From positions 1 to 44,154 of IMG/VR virus record IMGVR_UViG_3300033513_000018: a stretch of 44,154 bases of DNA; one strand, written 5' to 3'. Positions within the stretch are counted from its first letter, which is position 1. Every line of letters starts with the position of its first letter. The stretch is from a virus. Its lineage: Duplodnaviria > Caudoviricetes. Of this stretch, positions 43,149 through 44,154 are shown piece after piece. Under the pieces are notes generated by a model. The model worked only from the letters and a program-made list of their open reading frames with translations, searched no databases and was not told where the DNA came from. Both the position numbers and the translations under genes were made by a program.

Positions 43149-44154
43149 ATGGATGAGCATCGCAGACACACGTATGAGATCGGGTGGCGGCTGCTGGCCG
43201 TAGTGGTGCTGGTGGCGCTGCTGGCACTGGTGACGGCGTGCGGGATCAAGGCGCCGTGGACTGTGCCAGAGGAGGAGCCGGAGGCACGGGCCATCCAGAC
43301 GAAGATTCAGATGGTGAACGGGGGGGACAAGCTGCAAGCGGTCAGCGGCGGGGAGTTCGAGGTGCAGAGTGGCGGGATCATTGATATCCAGGCCGGCGCG
43401 ACGTTCAACATAGGGGGCGACATTGACATCGAGGGAGCAATGGATGTTGGTGGCACGCTCAAGGCGAATGCACTGGTGATCACGACGACGGGGGATTTCG
43501 GTGGCGACGTCATTCTGCAGAATGATGAGAGCATCGGGAACCAGACGAACGGGACGGTGGCCATCACGGCGACGACGGTGTCGGTGATCGGGCAGCTCGA
43601 CGCTGCCACTGAGGACATTCTGCTGGAGAACGAGGAGAGCATCGGAAACCAGACGAATGGGACGGTGGCCATCACGGCGACGACGGTCAGCGCGAATGGG
43701 AATCTGCAGACAACTGGGAGTCTGGATGTACAAGGTGGCAATATCACGCTGCAGAATGACGAGACGATCGCCAACAGCAGCAACGGGGTGATCACGCTGA
43801 CGGCGACGACGGTAGGATTCTCTGATGCCGGGTACGTGAACAAAACGCTGACGGTGGATGGACTGGTCACGGCCAACTCGGGCGCGGTGATCATCGGGAC
43901 GCTGGACGCCAGCACGGAGGACTTTGTGCTGGAGAACGACGAAAGTATCGGGAACCAGACGAACGGGACCGTATACGTCACTGCGACCCAGACCACGGTA
44001 AGCGGAGCGTTCACGGCGAACGGATTGCTGACGGCCAACACGGAGGACATCGCGCTGGAGAATGGGGAGCTGATCGGCAACCAGGTCAACGGGACGGTTG
44101 CAGTGACCCCAACGGCAGCCGGGTCTTTCTACGTGGCCACGGGCAATCTCAAGG
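43149..44154 (+). CDS. Repetitive head-fibre-like protein with lipoprotein signal (3'-truncated; not in ORF track)
   Basis: GGAGG RBS; MDEHRRHTYEIGWRLLAVVVLVALLALVTAC, then LENDESIGNQTNGTV repeats; open to the window end. Confidence 0.7.
   Translation, partial: MDEHRRHTYEIGWRLLAVVVLVALLALVTACGIKAPWTVPEEEPEARAIQTKIQMVNGGDKLQAVSGGEFEVQSGGIIDIQAGATFNIGGDIDIEGAMDVGGTLKANALVITTTGDFGGDVILQNDESIGNQTNGTVAITATTVSVIGQLDAATEDILLENEESIGNQTNGTVAITATTVSANGNLQTTGSLDVQGGNITLQNDETIANSSNGVITLTATTVGFSDAGYVNKTLTVDGLVTANSGAVIIGTLDASTEDFVLENDESIGNQTNGTVYVTATQTTVSGAFTANGLLTANTEDIALENGELIGNQVNGTVAVTPTAAGSFYVATGNLK

Noticed and set aside
43149-44154. Direct circular join of the last ORF to ORF 1..984
   Set aside because: Frames and repeat types do not match and no terminal overlap is seen; some sequence is probably missing

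Overview
The window is most of a ~45 kb temperate, long-tailed dsDNA phage, high-GC and strongly G-skewed. It is in its excised form: an intact attP lies mid-sequence, and the gene order is circularly permuted from late head/neck genes through tail, lysogeny, early/replication, lysis and packaging back to head. A Chloroflexota/Anaerolineae-like host is inferred from a 'VFLPLV' surface-protein tail and the intergenic repeat types. The phage has an integrase with a tRNA-Arg(GCG) attP, a ParM/ParR partition pair, a second XerC/D-like recombinase, an FtsK/SpoIIIE (TraB-like) translocase, a DNA-modification cluster, and glycosyl/methyl tailoring enzymes among the virion genes. The most striking unexplained signal is a set of 14 dif-like 28-bp sites (TTCCNRGTA-N6-TTATCRGAA core). 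They lie mostly at gene or module boundaries every ~2-5 kb, each has a different spacer, and most sit within composite short-tandem-repeat cassettes. All functional calls come from motif recognition by eye; no database searches were run.
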